Below, piece by piece: positions 41,417-54,400 of a stretch of DNA of 64,000 bases. Under the pieces are notes generated by a model, which was given only the letters and a program-made list of their open reading frames with translations, was not told where the DNA came from and did not search any database. This DNA is from the human T2T-CHM13v2.0 reference genome, Homo sapiens: NCBI RefSeq assembly GCF_009914755.1, contig NC_060927.1; one strand, written 5' to 3'. The stretch's first letter is position 1; every line of letters begins with the position of its first letter. A program made the position numbers and the translations under genes.

Positions 41417-42072
41417 GTTATCTCTCAGGGTTCAACCAGAAAAGAAGAACCAATAGGAGGTATAGATTAATAGATGTATATGTAATGCAAGAAATTGGCC
41501 AGCTTGGTGAGATTAGGAAATAGGTTCAGGAGTGCAGATCCTGGAGGTAGTTCCAAAGGCAGAGATAGTGGGAGGCCTCCAATAATTGTGGAGGAGTGTC
41601 TCAGGAGGCACAAGTAGTGCAGATATCTAATGGTATCTCAGTAAATATAATTACCATTTTTATTAGTTGGATTCCATTCCCAGCTTTACTCATTTCTAGC
41701 TGTGTGACTTCAGACATGTTACGTGACTTGCCAGTCTCAGTTTTCCCCAAACTTAAATGAATTATTGAGGGCTGGCTAAGTAAGTTCAAACTCTGCAGAC
41801 CATCAGGAAGGGAGGCTGGAACTCTCAATACAGGCTGGAGCTGCAAGCCATGGGCAGAATTTCTGAGGGAAGCCTCAGCTCTGCTCTTAATGCCTTTCAC
41901 TGATTGAATCACACCAACCCAAATTGTCAAGCATAATTTCTTCACTTAAAGTAAACTGATTATGTACTTTAATCCCATCTACAAAATGGCTTCACAACAC
42001 TTAAATTAGTGCTTGATTAAATAACTGAAAACTGTAGCCTAGCCAAGCTGATACAGCAAAAAGAGCATCACA
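41417..42072 (-). mobile_element. MLT2 (ERVL, D/E/F-like) solo LTR interrupted by the 264-bp duplicated segment
   Basis: 'cagggttcaaccaga...gaaccaatagga...gaaattggc[insert]attgagggctggc...cttaaagtaaactgatt...tagcctagccaagctga...catcaca'. Confidence 0.85.
41499..41762 (-). repeat. Right arm (inserted copy) of the perfect 264-bp inverted repeat
   Basis: Exact reverse complement of 39338-39601; splits the MLT2 LTR. Confidence 0.97.
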
Positions 42073-43344
42073 GAAGAGGAGTAGCAGAACAGGTCATCTC
42101 AGTTTATAGACTCATCAAAAACTGTTCACAATGTAGGAGAGATAATTCACCAGAACAAAATAATGGGAGAATATTGGAAAGGGGTAATATACTCTGGAAA
42201 GCCAAAAGCAATGCCCCTAAAGAGACTGGAGAGATTGGCAAGAGAGGTTCTTGCAGAGTAAGTGGACAGTCTAAGATGGTAAGAGGGCTTTTTTTACCTA
42301 TCTGGATCTTTCTATCAAATTGCCTTCTGCATGTGTCCATCCGATGAGCTACTACTCTGTGAGGCACCATAGTCCTTCTTGTTATCTTTCATCTCTGTAA
42401 TGCAGAGTAACTTTGATGTGGTAAGTAATTTAGGATTATCAGGTACAGGAGAGTTTAGTTGGAAAAAATATTTTGAAGGCATAGATGCCTATGGGAACCC
42501 TCAAATTACAACATATGGGCAGCTACTGTTTTAGCCTATGGTCAAGTGTGGCCTTAGTGATAGGATCACTAAGATATATCAACCTTCTAGTAACAACATG
42601 CCCACAGGGACTGAGAGAAATTTACTACACTCAAGGAAAACAACTCATTGCCATCAGCACAAAACAAACTTAAGATGGAAAACATGATAAACATGAAGTC
42701 AAAACTTTAAGAGATATATCTGTCAAATAATACATCCAATTGATGTCTAAATTCCTCAGGATTTCTGAAAACACAGAGGTTAAAGTTGAGCTGGAGCCTC
42801 TCCTTTGTCTGTTCCACCACCTGAATTGTTGGGGTTTTTTTCCTTACCATTCATTTTGCAAATTTGTATAAGCTCTCCCTTTCTTGGTTACCTAACATCT
42901 TTCCCACCTTCATTCCCTCTATAAATACCATTTCTGCAGCATCTTCAAAAGCTTATCTCCTCTCCACAGCTGTCTGTTCAAAGTTGAGAGTCTGACACTG
43001 ATTTAACCAGCTTGAATTGCTCTGAAATAAATTTCTCAGGGTAGAGACCAATTGCTTAAGCATTGTCAATAGCTGAATATAACGTTGGTGCTTCATAAAC
43101 ACAGAATGAACATAAATAACAGAAAATCTAAAATAGAGTATTAACTTCTGTATTTTGTACAATTAAAATTTGATGTTGGGGATTGAACTATGGAACCCCC
43201 CCAAAATTTATCAGTAAGTGGGTGCTGTCTTCTGTTATATAGGAGACAGATTTTTACAAATGGAAAGGCGGGGATCCTTTCAGCATTATATGAATGCACA
43301 GGAATACTGACTTTTTATTCCACTGCGCCTAGACTCTCCATAGA

Positions 43345-43755
43345 AGAGAATATTAGCTGTTCACAATTATTCTTTCCCCTGTGGCCTCCCTCTGGGTAGA
43401 AAAGACTTCTCAATTCTATTGACTTTGAACTTGCCCATGTGATTTCATTTGGCTAACGAACTGTAAGTGGATATGGCTTGAACAGAGGTCTTAAATGTGC
43501 TCGCATGTATTGCTTTGGCCTCTAGAGGTACGGAATTTTATGAGTTCAGAATGAAACTGTCATGTTTCCAGAATGAGGAGACCTGTGGAAAAAATCTGGA
43601 CTCATTCACAGCCTAAAACGAGTCCGTCTAACCCCAACCGACCCTAGTCAAGCCCAACAGGGTCACAGCTGACTCTCAGATGTGAAAGCAGGAAATAAAT
43701 GTTTATTATTATAAACCACTGAGATTAAAGGGTGGCTTTTTACATAGTATAATCA
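43345..43755 (+). mobile_element. MLT1G/H-like LTR
   Basis: 'ccatgtgatttcatttggctaacgaa...gaaataaatgtttattattataaaccactgaga'. Confidence 0.6.
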
Positions 43756-44050
43756 GAATGATAATAAGTAATATATTCCCAGATCCTCAAATAATTTCAA
43801 TGAGAAGAAATGAAACATTAGGAAATATTGAGAGTCTAAAGAAAAGTTTGCTCCTACATTATACTTCCTGGAATCTCTCAGGTCAATTTCATCCCACAGA
43901 TGAGATCTCAGAAATGTGATGAGTCTGTAGTTCTTTTTTTCAAGCATTTTTTGTAATAAGGCACCTTGGACGTATGCCCAACCAATGTGTAATGATTAGT
44001 CTACCCACAGGTATAAATGAATACCTCTGGAGGAAACACAAATTATTCAT

Positions 44051-44840
<790 letters not shown>

Positions 44841-44979
44841 CTTCATTTACATGATTTACCAAAGTGACATAACTAGTTATAACAACAGGCAACATTTATT
44901 AATATTGTCAAATGTATGCTATGCACCATGTATCATTATTTAATTTCTTCCTCACATTGAAAATAGTACTAATGAAATG

Positions 44980-45097
44980 CAGATGATACAATTTTTCAGC
45001 CTTATGAAGGTGTGAAATTGATATGCATTTGGTAGAACCCATACTTAGAATTTTTCAATTTCGATCTTTTCCTGGACTAGCATTATGAGGTACAGTA

Positions 45098-45130
<33 letters not shown>

Positions 45131-45528
45131 AAAATGCTGGACAGTGACAGCAAGCCATTCTGCCTTTCGCTTTCAATACAGTGATATGCCCAGTGAGGGC
45201 CCGGAAGCTCCACACCCATTTCCCCATATTTCATCCTATGCGCCTCTTTTTCTGTGTCCCTTCAATAACCTTTCTAATAAGCCGGTAAACATAAAGTAAG
45301 TAAATTACATTAGATATTCAACACTGTATTATAAAATAGGCTTTGCATTAGATTATTTTGCCCACCTGTAGGTTAATGTAAGTGTTCTTAGCATGTCTGA
45401 GGCAGGCTAGGCTTACGCCATGATGTTCAGTAGATTAGGTGTATTAAATCCATTTTAGACTTAGGATATTTTCAACTTATGGTAAGTTCATCAGGATATA
45501 AACCCCATCATAAATCGAGGAGCATCCA
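44980..45528 (-). mobile_element. MER47 (TcMar-Tigger) fossil containing a (TC)n run and a foreign insert
   Basis: 'cagatg...' to 'aaccccatcataaatcgaggagcatc'; 'tattataaaataggctttgcattagattattttgccca'. Confidence 0.8.
45183..45300 (+). mobile_element. Internal fragment of a MER21-like LTR
   Basis: 'gagggcccggaagctccacacccatttccccata...cctatgc...taataagccggtaaac'. Confidence 0.65.
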
Positions 45529-45534
45529 TATGTA

Positions 45535-45675
45535 ACATCATTATTGCTGTTGAGCAGGTGAGAACGTTTAGACATAGAGATATTAATTAAATTGCCCAAA
45601 GTCAGATGGGTGGTAAAGTAGTGGAACCAAGATCTAATCTAAGTATCGCTCCAAGCCCCAATCTCTTAACCATAC
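45535..45675 (-). mobile_element. MIR (other half lies at about 44885-44975, split by MER47)
   Basis: 'aattgcccaaagtca...gtagtggaaccaagat...ctcttaaccat'. Confidence 0.65.
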
Positions 45676-46454
45676 TAATTAAAAGTTAGGAGAAACCCAG
45701 GATCTGGTTTCCTAGGGCAGTGCTCATTTACTTCAGCCCATCTGCAGCAACCAGGCAGTCAGTTTAAAGCCTTTTGATAAATCGTACAACATTGGCATTT
45801 GTATGAAGAAACAGGCAGGAAATTAAATTACACCTATTAAAGTAAAGGCTGATTTAGACCAGTGGAAAGTCTGGCCCATGCAGTCTTTTAGGTGTTGGAA
45901 AAGGAACAGAAGGCCAAAATAATTTATGTTAAAAAAAATTGCCAAGAGCCATAAAAACCTGAGTATTCACAACAAAGACAACTACTATCTGCCAATTCAA
46001 GAAAAGCTAGCAGAATTAAGTAAAAGGATAAAGCAAATAACTTTTCCTCTCTAGGTGGACTTGTCTTTACGGGCCTGATTCAGTTGGATATGAAATTGGA
46101 TTATGTAGGTGACTAAGGTTTTCACAAGGGTGTTCCCTCAAACATAACTGTCTTTATGGCCAACAAATAACCAAAAAATTTTCTAGTCATTTATAAAAAA
46201 TGTGAATCCAAGAAGAGTACGAGGGAAAGGAATCTAAATAATATGGAAATGATAAATGTCTTCTTCTATTGGCTGTGGCTGGTAGCAGGAGATCTGATTA
46301 TTATCAGCAAGTGGCCTTGACAAAAGGGCCTCTGAACCTGGGTGCTAAACAATTTTAGGCAGCCTCAAATCAGTGGTATAAGCTATTGTTTGAAGGTGAC
46401 TATCAAATATATGAAATAATAGGTCTATCAAAAGCATAGTTAGGAATGTCTTCA

Positions 46455-46850
46455 GTTCTATCAATCAAACAAACCAATTTGAGGAACAATCTGCAAAATA
46501 ACTGGTTCGTACTCCTCAAAAATGTTAAGGTGATAAAAGTCAAAGAATAACTAAGAAACTATAATAGACCAAAAAAGACTAAAGGGACAACCAAATGCTA
46601 CATGATATTCTGGAATGAATCCTGGACCAGAAAAGGGAAATTATTTGTTCCCGTTTGCTTAAAAGGACAGTAAGAAAACTAGTAAATTTGGTTTATCAAA
46701 TACTATAGATAATACGGTATCAATTGTAATTTCCTGATTTTGGTTGTGATTTTGATTATACTATAATTGTTTGTAGGAAATACATATTGAAGTATTTAGG
46801 TAAAGGGATATTATACTTGCAACTTTCTCTGACATGATTCAGAAAAAAAA
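46455..46850 (+). mobile_element. L1MC-type 3' fragment
   Basis: 'tgaggaacaatctgcaaaataactgg...atcctggaccagaaaagg'. Confidence 0.65.
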
Positions 46851-47149
46851 TACTCCATCTGGAATTTATTTTTGTACATAATATCAGATAAGAGCCTAAT
46901 ATTACTTTTTATATGCATAGGATGTAAGTCCAGCACAGCTTATTAAATAATTCATCCTTTTGTACTAAATTATAATATTGCCTTTGTCTTGTATTATCAT
47001 ATATAACTAAGATCTATTTTTAATCTTTATTTTAATCATGCATCTACTTTCCATTCCTTTGCCAATATCATAGTGACATGATTGACTTTATGGTATGTTT
47101 TAATTCTTGGAAGACAAGATCTACCCTACTTTTCTTTTCTCTACACCCC

Positions 47150-47410
47150 CTTTTATGTATATATAATGTATATATATGCATATAATACATAACTATTCAC
47201 ATATACATGAAATATTTATATATGTACATTGTATATATATTTAAATATACATATTTATGTGTATATATACATTGTGCATATTTATGTATGTACTTATATG
47301 TATGCAAGTTTGTATGTACATATATGGGTGTAGATACATATTGTATATATTTGCGTAGATATATTGCATATACATAAACACATATATATGAAAGTATATG
47401 TGTATTGCTA
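47150..47410. repeat. (TA/TG)-rich low-complexity tract
   Basis: Directly visible. Confidence 0.85.
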
Positions 47411-47678
47411 CAGTAAATCATTTTCCCCCATATTTTTTAAATTGCTCTATGCATGGTTGCTCCTCTTTATTCCATTTTTTATAATTTTGCTTTCTCGCCT
47501 TTTTCCATAGACTCTTGAGGGATCTAACCAGTATTTCAATCTTTCCAAAAATGACAATATCCTTCCCAGTATTTTGTTTCCCCCCCATTATTTTCATTTT
47601 TACTTTATTAATTCCCTATTCCTGCTCTCTGGTTTATTTTTTCTTTCTTAATGTTTTAAAATTGATAAGTTAAATTCC

Positions 47679-48335
47679 GATGTGGAGAAATAGGAACGCT
47701 TTTATACTGTTGGTGGGAGTGTAAATTAGTTCAACCATTGTGGAAGACAGTGTAGCGATTCTTCAAGGATCTAGAACCAGAAATATCATTTGACCCAGCA
47801 ATCCCATTACTGGGTATATACCCAAAGGATTATAAATCATTCTACTATAAAGACACATGCACACGTATGTTAATTGCGGCACTATTCACAATAGCAAAGA
47901 CTTGGAACCAACCCAAATGCCCATCAATGATAGACGGGATAAAGAAAATGTGGCACATATACACCATGGAATACTATGCGGCCATAAAAAAGAGGATGAG
48001 TTCATGTCCTTTGCAGGGATATGGATGATGCTGGAAACCATCATTCTCAGCAAACTAACACAAGAACAGAAAACCAAACACCGCATGTTCTCACTCATAA
48101 GTGGGAGCTGAACTATGAGAACACACGGACACAGGGAAGGGAACATCACACACTAGGGCCTGTTGGGGGGTTGGGGGCTAGGGGAGGATAGCATTAGGAG
48201 AAATACCTAATGTAGATGATGGGTTGATGGGTGGCGCAAACCACCATGGCATGTGTATACCTATGTAATAAACCTGCATGTTCTGTACATGTATCCCAGA
48301 ACCTAAAGAGTAATAAAAAAAATAAATAAATAAAT
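47679..48335 (+). mobile_element. L1PA (about L1PA7) 5'-truncated 3' end
   Basis: 'gatgtggagaaataggaacgctttta...gtatcccagaacctaaag' plus A-rich tail. Confidence 0.92.
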
Positions 48336-48339
48336 GGCA

Positions 48340-51330
48340 AAATTTTATATAAAAAATAATAATTTTTATTTTTATTCCTTAATATTAAAGGCATTCAAGG
48401 CCACACTCAGTTGCTCTCCGTACAGCTTTGGCTGTGTCATGTGGTTCCAATTTGCATTGCTTTCTGTACAGCGATTTTCTTTCAATTCCAAGTTTCATTC
48501 AATGGTTATCTAGAAATATATTTGGAATTATTACATATTTAGTATGTGGGGGTTATCTTCATGCCATTTATTCCTAATTTCTAATATTTTTTTCATTCAT
48601 TGTATAATATTCCTTGCAGCATGATCAGAAGAGATGGCCTGGAAAAAAAAACACTTTTTTATGTGCAAAATTTATTTGTGGCCAAGTACATGATTAATTT
48701 TCGTATATATTTCATGGCTAGTAAAGTATATTTTTGGAAGACATAAAAAGTCTCCTCTTATTAATTGTACTATTTTTTGTGTAGTTACTTAATATTGTAT
48801 ACAAGTTATACATGCACAATTCAAAAAGAGGTGTACTGAAGTAACTGTTGTATTTGTACTTTTATCAAGTTCTCACAATTCTAACAGTTTCACTTTACGT
48901 CTACTAAAAGCTGTTGGGTTGTTCGGTGCATACTAGTTCCTGGCTGGTATATGTCTTTCATAACTCTGCTTTTCATCATTATCCTTCCATGACCTATTTA
49001 GTGCTTTTAACCTAGAATTCTGTGTTGTCTGATACTACCTTTGCCTTTCATGCTTTCTTTCTTCTTTGCATTTTCTTAGCATTGCTCTTTATTGTTTTAA
49101 TCATTTTAAGTGTCTTTTTTTCCTGTAATTAACATTAACTGTCTTTTTTAAAGGCAGTTTGACACATTTAACTGGAGAATTCAGCTTTCAAATTTAGTGC
49201 AATCACTGGCACATGACATGTTATACTTTCCCCTTTCATCGTTTATTTTATATTATTGTTCGTCCTTTTTTCTGACTTATTTTTCTAGTTGATTATTATT
49301 GCTATTTGGTCTTTACCTTATGCCTGTTTGTAAATTCTGCCAATAGATTTTTTAATTTTTTAACGATTATCTATTTTCTTTGTTCATACCAAAAACTTAT
49401 TTCTCTACAATTGTTTGACATAAAAATAAAAACTATTTCCCCCAATGAGATGTTCTATTTCCTATCTTTTTCCACCTGTCCATACAGTTACAGGTTTAGC
49501 ATACAGTAGTGGTCTGAGGGAGGTATGTTCCAAGCCCCCAGTGGATTTCTGAAACCACAGATAGTATCTAACCAGATTACCGTAAACTGGAACACACTTC
49601 TGTTCATGTCTTCCACCCATAAATTTCTTGTCTTTTCCATCTTAACTAAGCACTCATCACACATTGTGGCCATAATTTTTGCAGTTTGAAGTGAGACAGC
49701 AAAACTAGAACAAATTTCTTTTTCTTCTTCACAATTTCACAAATGGAAGATTTGTTCTTACAATTGATCTCAACAACCTCCGCCTATGATTTTTTTCTTT
49801 CCTTGTTAAATCAGAGAGTTCACCTATTTACTTAAAAGAAGTACTTTACGACTTCTCTTTGGCATGTTGGAATTGTCAAGTTTCCTGCACTTTAGGACCA
49901 TTTTTAAGTAAAATAAGGGTTATTTGAACACAAGCACTGCAAAACTACCAAAGTCCACTTGATAACTCAGGCGGCTCCTAAGTGACTAATGGGTGGGAAG
50001 TGTCTACAGTGCGGACAAAGGGACAATTCACGTCCTGGGTGGGACAGAGCTGGACAGTGTGAGATTTCATCACACTACTCAGAAAGGCAGGCAACTTAAA
50101 ACTTATGAGTTGTTTATTGCTGGAATTTTTCATTTAATAATTCTGGACCACAGTTGACTGTGGGTAACTGAAACTGCAGAAAGCAAAACCGTGGGTAAGG
50201 GGAAACTACTGTATATGCATTTCTCTAGAGCATCCTCCCCCAATGTTGAGAAAGAATTTGAAATGATTTACTTCCCTTATCTTTTTTCCCCACCTCAATC
50301 GTAGGAGTTACTAAAAAAAATTTAGTAATTTTAAATCTAAACTATTACATGAATTTTTATTGCAGTGTGTCTCTTCTCTTTATTTATACTTTTATCATAG
50401 TATATTTAGCATTTATATAACATATACTCAAATACTCTATATTATGATCCATTCATGTCTAAGTAAACACAAAAACAGCATTTATCTACCATTCATTGTT
50501 CTCAGTTTCTACACCATTTCACATTTCCCTGGCTTGATTTCTTATTTCTCCTTTACTTGTTCACTTAGAATCTCTTCTAGACCATTGTGTTTTCCTGAAA
50601 AATATACTCTATGAATTATTATAAAATATTAATAGAATAATTTGACCTTCCAGATGAATTACAGTTTTGCAAAGTAAGAGAGTCTCAGGTTGAAATCCTT
50701 TACACTGCGTTGTCGTGAAGAACTATACCACTGTATCCCTGACTCCTATATTGCAGATTCAAACTAGGAAAATAGTCTAAATCTCTTCTCTTATTTGTGA
50801 CCTTTTCTTTCTGGCTGGAAGGTTATAAGAATTTCTTTTTGTTCTTAAAATTCCAGAATTTTCCAAGTATACTCATGTATATTTTATCTCATCAATATTC
50901 CCTAGCCCTCACAATATGCCCTTTCATTCCATGACTTGGGTCTTTGATCTCAGAGAAATTGTATTCCTAAATTATATGTGCATTTTGATGTCCAAGATCT
51001 GTCCTCCGTGTCTCTTATTTTTGGTCATAATTTCTCTCTTTATATTTTTGTTCTTTATTTTAAAAAAATTTAGCCCAGTTAATTTCCTGGGTCATCAATT
51101 TATTCTCAACTCTGATCATTCTTTCCTTCAATTAAACCAAAAACTCTTGCACGAAACTTGTTTTTAATTCCAGAAATTTTACTCTTATATTGCCTTGAAT
51201 GTTTTTTTATTTTTAAGCTGTCATTTGGCTCCTCTGTTCTGACTGATCTTCATATCTCTAGCTTCTGGTCATTTTTAATATTGTTTTTCCATGGAGTCTA
51301 AAGGTTTGATTGCTGGAGACCACTATGCCC
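48340..51330 (-). mobile_element. Highly degenerate old L1 (L1ME-like) fragments, interrupted by MER44
   Basis: T-rich strand with L1-like motifs such as 'ttgtctgatactacc', 'ctttctggctggaagg', 'atttgtggccaagtacatgattaatttt'. Confidence 0.45.
49504..50211 (-). mobile_element. MER44 (Tigger7-derived) DNA transposon fossil
   Basis: TIRs cagtagt...actactg flanked by TA on both sides; 'ggaatttttcatttaataattctggaccacagttgactgtgggtaactgaaac'. Confidence 0.85.
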
Positions 51331-54254
51331 TGTAAAGAGAGGAAGCTAAGTATTCTCTACTCCATAAGTCTCTGCCAGTGCACCAAAAACTAATTCTTTG
51401 CCTAATCCCTAGCCTACTTTCACTCTCTCTGCCTGAGAAGCAGGGAGGACTTCATCCACCCATCAATTTCTTTTTGGCCTCCTAAGCACCAGTGAGACCA
51501 GCCATACACCCATGGACAATGTTGACCATCTATCAGGAAGGGGGTCCACACATTGCTGAGGCCCATGGTTTCCACAGGACTTTCAATTTTCAATCCTCCC
51601 TGCAATTCCTTCTGATGGTCTTTGGGTTATCATCTATCCATAAAGGCAAAAAAAAAAGAAAAAAGAAAATAAAACTCCATTCTCCTTTGACCCACCCTAA
51701 CTCCTGCAGAATTCAAATCTTACTAGCAAATAGCTTCCTCTGAGCCCCAGCAAGCTTATTATTCAAGAAAGACAGATTAGAAATAAAATAAAAAGAAAAG
51801 GAGTCATAAGTTTCCCAAAACACCCCTTTTCTTTACAGTTTTTAAATTTTTCCTCATATTTTATCTTGTTCGATCCTTACATTATGCAGTAAAGGTTCAA
51901 ACCCTGAAATTACAGGCTCAAGGTTATTTCCACATTTTAGAAAACTGTAATAAACAGAAAAACAACACTTAGATTGACCTTGCTTAGACATACATGGTCA
52001 CATTCCAACATAAACATGCTCATGTTTCAAAGCCTGCAAATAATCATTATATCCTTCCAAATTTTTAAGAACATGATCTCCAAAGGGAGGAATATCTGAG
52101 ATATGGATAATAAAGAATGGAACAGCTCACATGGTCTGGGGCTGTGGGCTCAGCGCCATTAACATATGCTCTCCTAACAGGACTGTACCAATGCATAGTC
52201 ACAGTCAGCTTTTCTGAGCTTCTTGTTTGCACCAAGCACAGCTGGAAGTACAGATGTAGGAAGCACACCGGCAGGCTGGAAAAGGATCAAGACAGGTACC
52301 GATAAGGCTCTTTTCCTTTAGATCTTAAAAGGAAGATGTACGTCCTTTTCCAAACTCCAAATGACATCTAAAAAACCTTCGGTCAACACAGTGTTAGGAA
52401 AAACATGTGTTAACTTTTTATTCATTTATTTTTCAGTTACAGACTACATGCTAAAATTCAAATGTGACTGTTGTGTACTCTCCATGTAAAAAAATTAACA
52501 GGAACTATACTTCCTCTGACACAATAAAACTTTAGTCATTTTTACAACGCTCCAATGTGTGAACAAGTATGAGAACTAGACTAGACATCCCTTTCTTTTC
52601 GACATATATCTCTCACTGTAGTCTTGAATGGTATAATAACTCTTATTCTTTTACTTCCCTTTTTCCCTTAGCCACTTCATGCTCAGAGTTATCACCCTGG
52701 AGAATTGCCACTGCATGCCCAGGTTATAACTTGGATGCTGATGACAGCTTAAAGGGGAATGCCTCTTATCAGTTCGTATTTTAAAATTTCCCGCCCTTTG
52801 TTCTCACAGGAGCCCTCATTAACCAGTTCTGGGTCTGCACAGTCCTGTAGAAAACACATCTTTCAAGTTTATGGGCAGAATACTACAGGCTGGTGCTTTC
52901 ACTAAGTAGCCCTCTCTAATCACTTTTATAACTTATTGTCCCATCAGCAAGCAAAGCTTAAGATAAACTGCAACCTCTGATATGGTTACAACAAATCCAG
53001 CTTGCAAAAGTGCCTCCTCTCTTTTCAGGAAATTCCATTCAACAGTGGTACAGGCAATCATCCATCCATCTTCCTTGACTTTTTTCTTTCCATTTCTTCT
53101 TAAGCAGTGGATACAGTCACAGATTTGAAATCAAGGAGACTCAAGTCTTCCCTTTTCTATTTACCATCTCTAAACTAGAGTTTCTTATACCGATGCCTAC
53201 TCCCTGGGTAATCAGGTATGCAAAGAGCTCAATACATTTCCTGGCATATATTAGGTGTTCAATAAGAGGTGGATTTTTATAGTAGAAGGCTCTGGGATCA
53301 AGGATGTATAACTCTTCACAGGAAGGAAGAATGGAAAGATGAGGGATGGAAGGACGGAAGGAAGGAAGGAGGTCTGGTTTATTAAAAATGAAGCCACAGT
53401 TCAGAAACGTTTACAGTTCTGTAGTACTGCCTCAGACTTTTCGCAGCATTCTTTGTGCCACCACTCTAGATAACTTTAATAAACCAGTCAGGGAAAATGC
53501 CTTTGGCAGTTGTATAAAAAATATTTTTGTCTATTTTGTGGAGATGATTTTTGCCAAATTGAGTTGGTTTGTAAATACATAGCTTAGTACTACCAAGGCA
53601 TGTCTTCCTTCTGGGACAGTCATGACACAAAATATTCCTTTCTAGGATAGGCCTGGTGTTACAACTCATCTTTTATAACACAAACACAAACTCCTTGATT
53701 AGACTCTCTCTTATATCCAACAACATCTCTCCTCATCCCCATTAGCCAAAAAGCAATAGAAAATGCTGATGATAGCAACAAATATTACTTTAATATTTAG
53801 GAGTTCTTGGTCTCCGAGGAATTTGAGATCTGACATATAGAAATCACTCAGTAACTATTTACGGGAAGGAGGGAGGAACGGAGGGAGGGAGAGAAAGAGG
53901 GATGGATGGATGGCCGAAAAGGGTTTGAAATCATCTGGGATAGCAATGATCTTTTTCTCAGTGCTACTTGCACAGTGGCCACACTCTCCAACATTGCCCT
54001 ATATTTTTCTCAGATTTTTTAGGATATACCTACTCTAAGTTCAATGGAAACAAACTCAACTGTAGGATATCACACACACTGAACATTATGGCAAGAATTA
54101 GTACTGTGGAAAGAAGTATAACACTAATAATAAGTATAATACTAATGATAATAATAACAACAATAATACAAGGTGCAACTAAAATTAATTTTATACTTAA
54201 CATCCGACAGTCACTTTCCTAATTCCCTTACTTAGGAAAGGGCTTTTATTTTAA

Positions 54255-54400
54255 CTTTCTTATTCCCTTTTTTGCAGTTTGGGAAAATAGAAGCCCAGAG
54301 AGAATTAAGTTACTCACCCAAGGTTACCAGCTAGACAGTAGTGGCTGGCATTTGAACCTAAATCAGTCTGACAATGGAACCCACACTCATATTCATCATA
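54255..54400 (-). mobile_element. MIR
   Basis: 'gggaaaatagaagcccagagagaattaagttactcacccaaggttac...atttgaacctaaatcagtctgac'. Confidence 0.7.
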
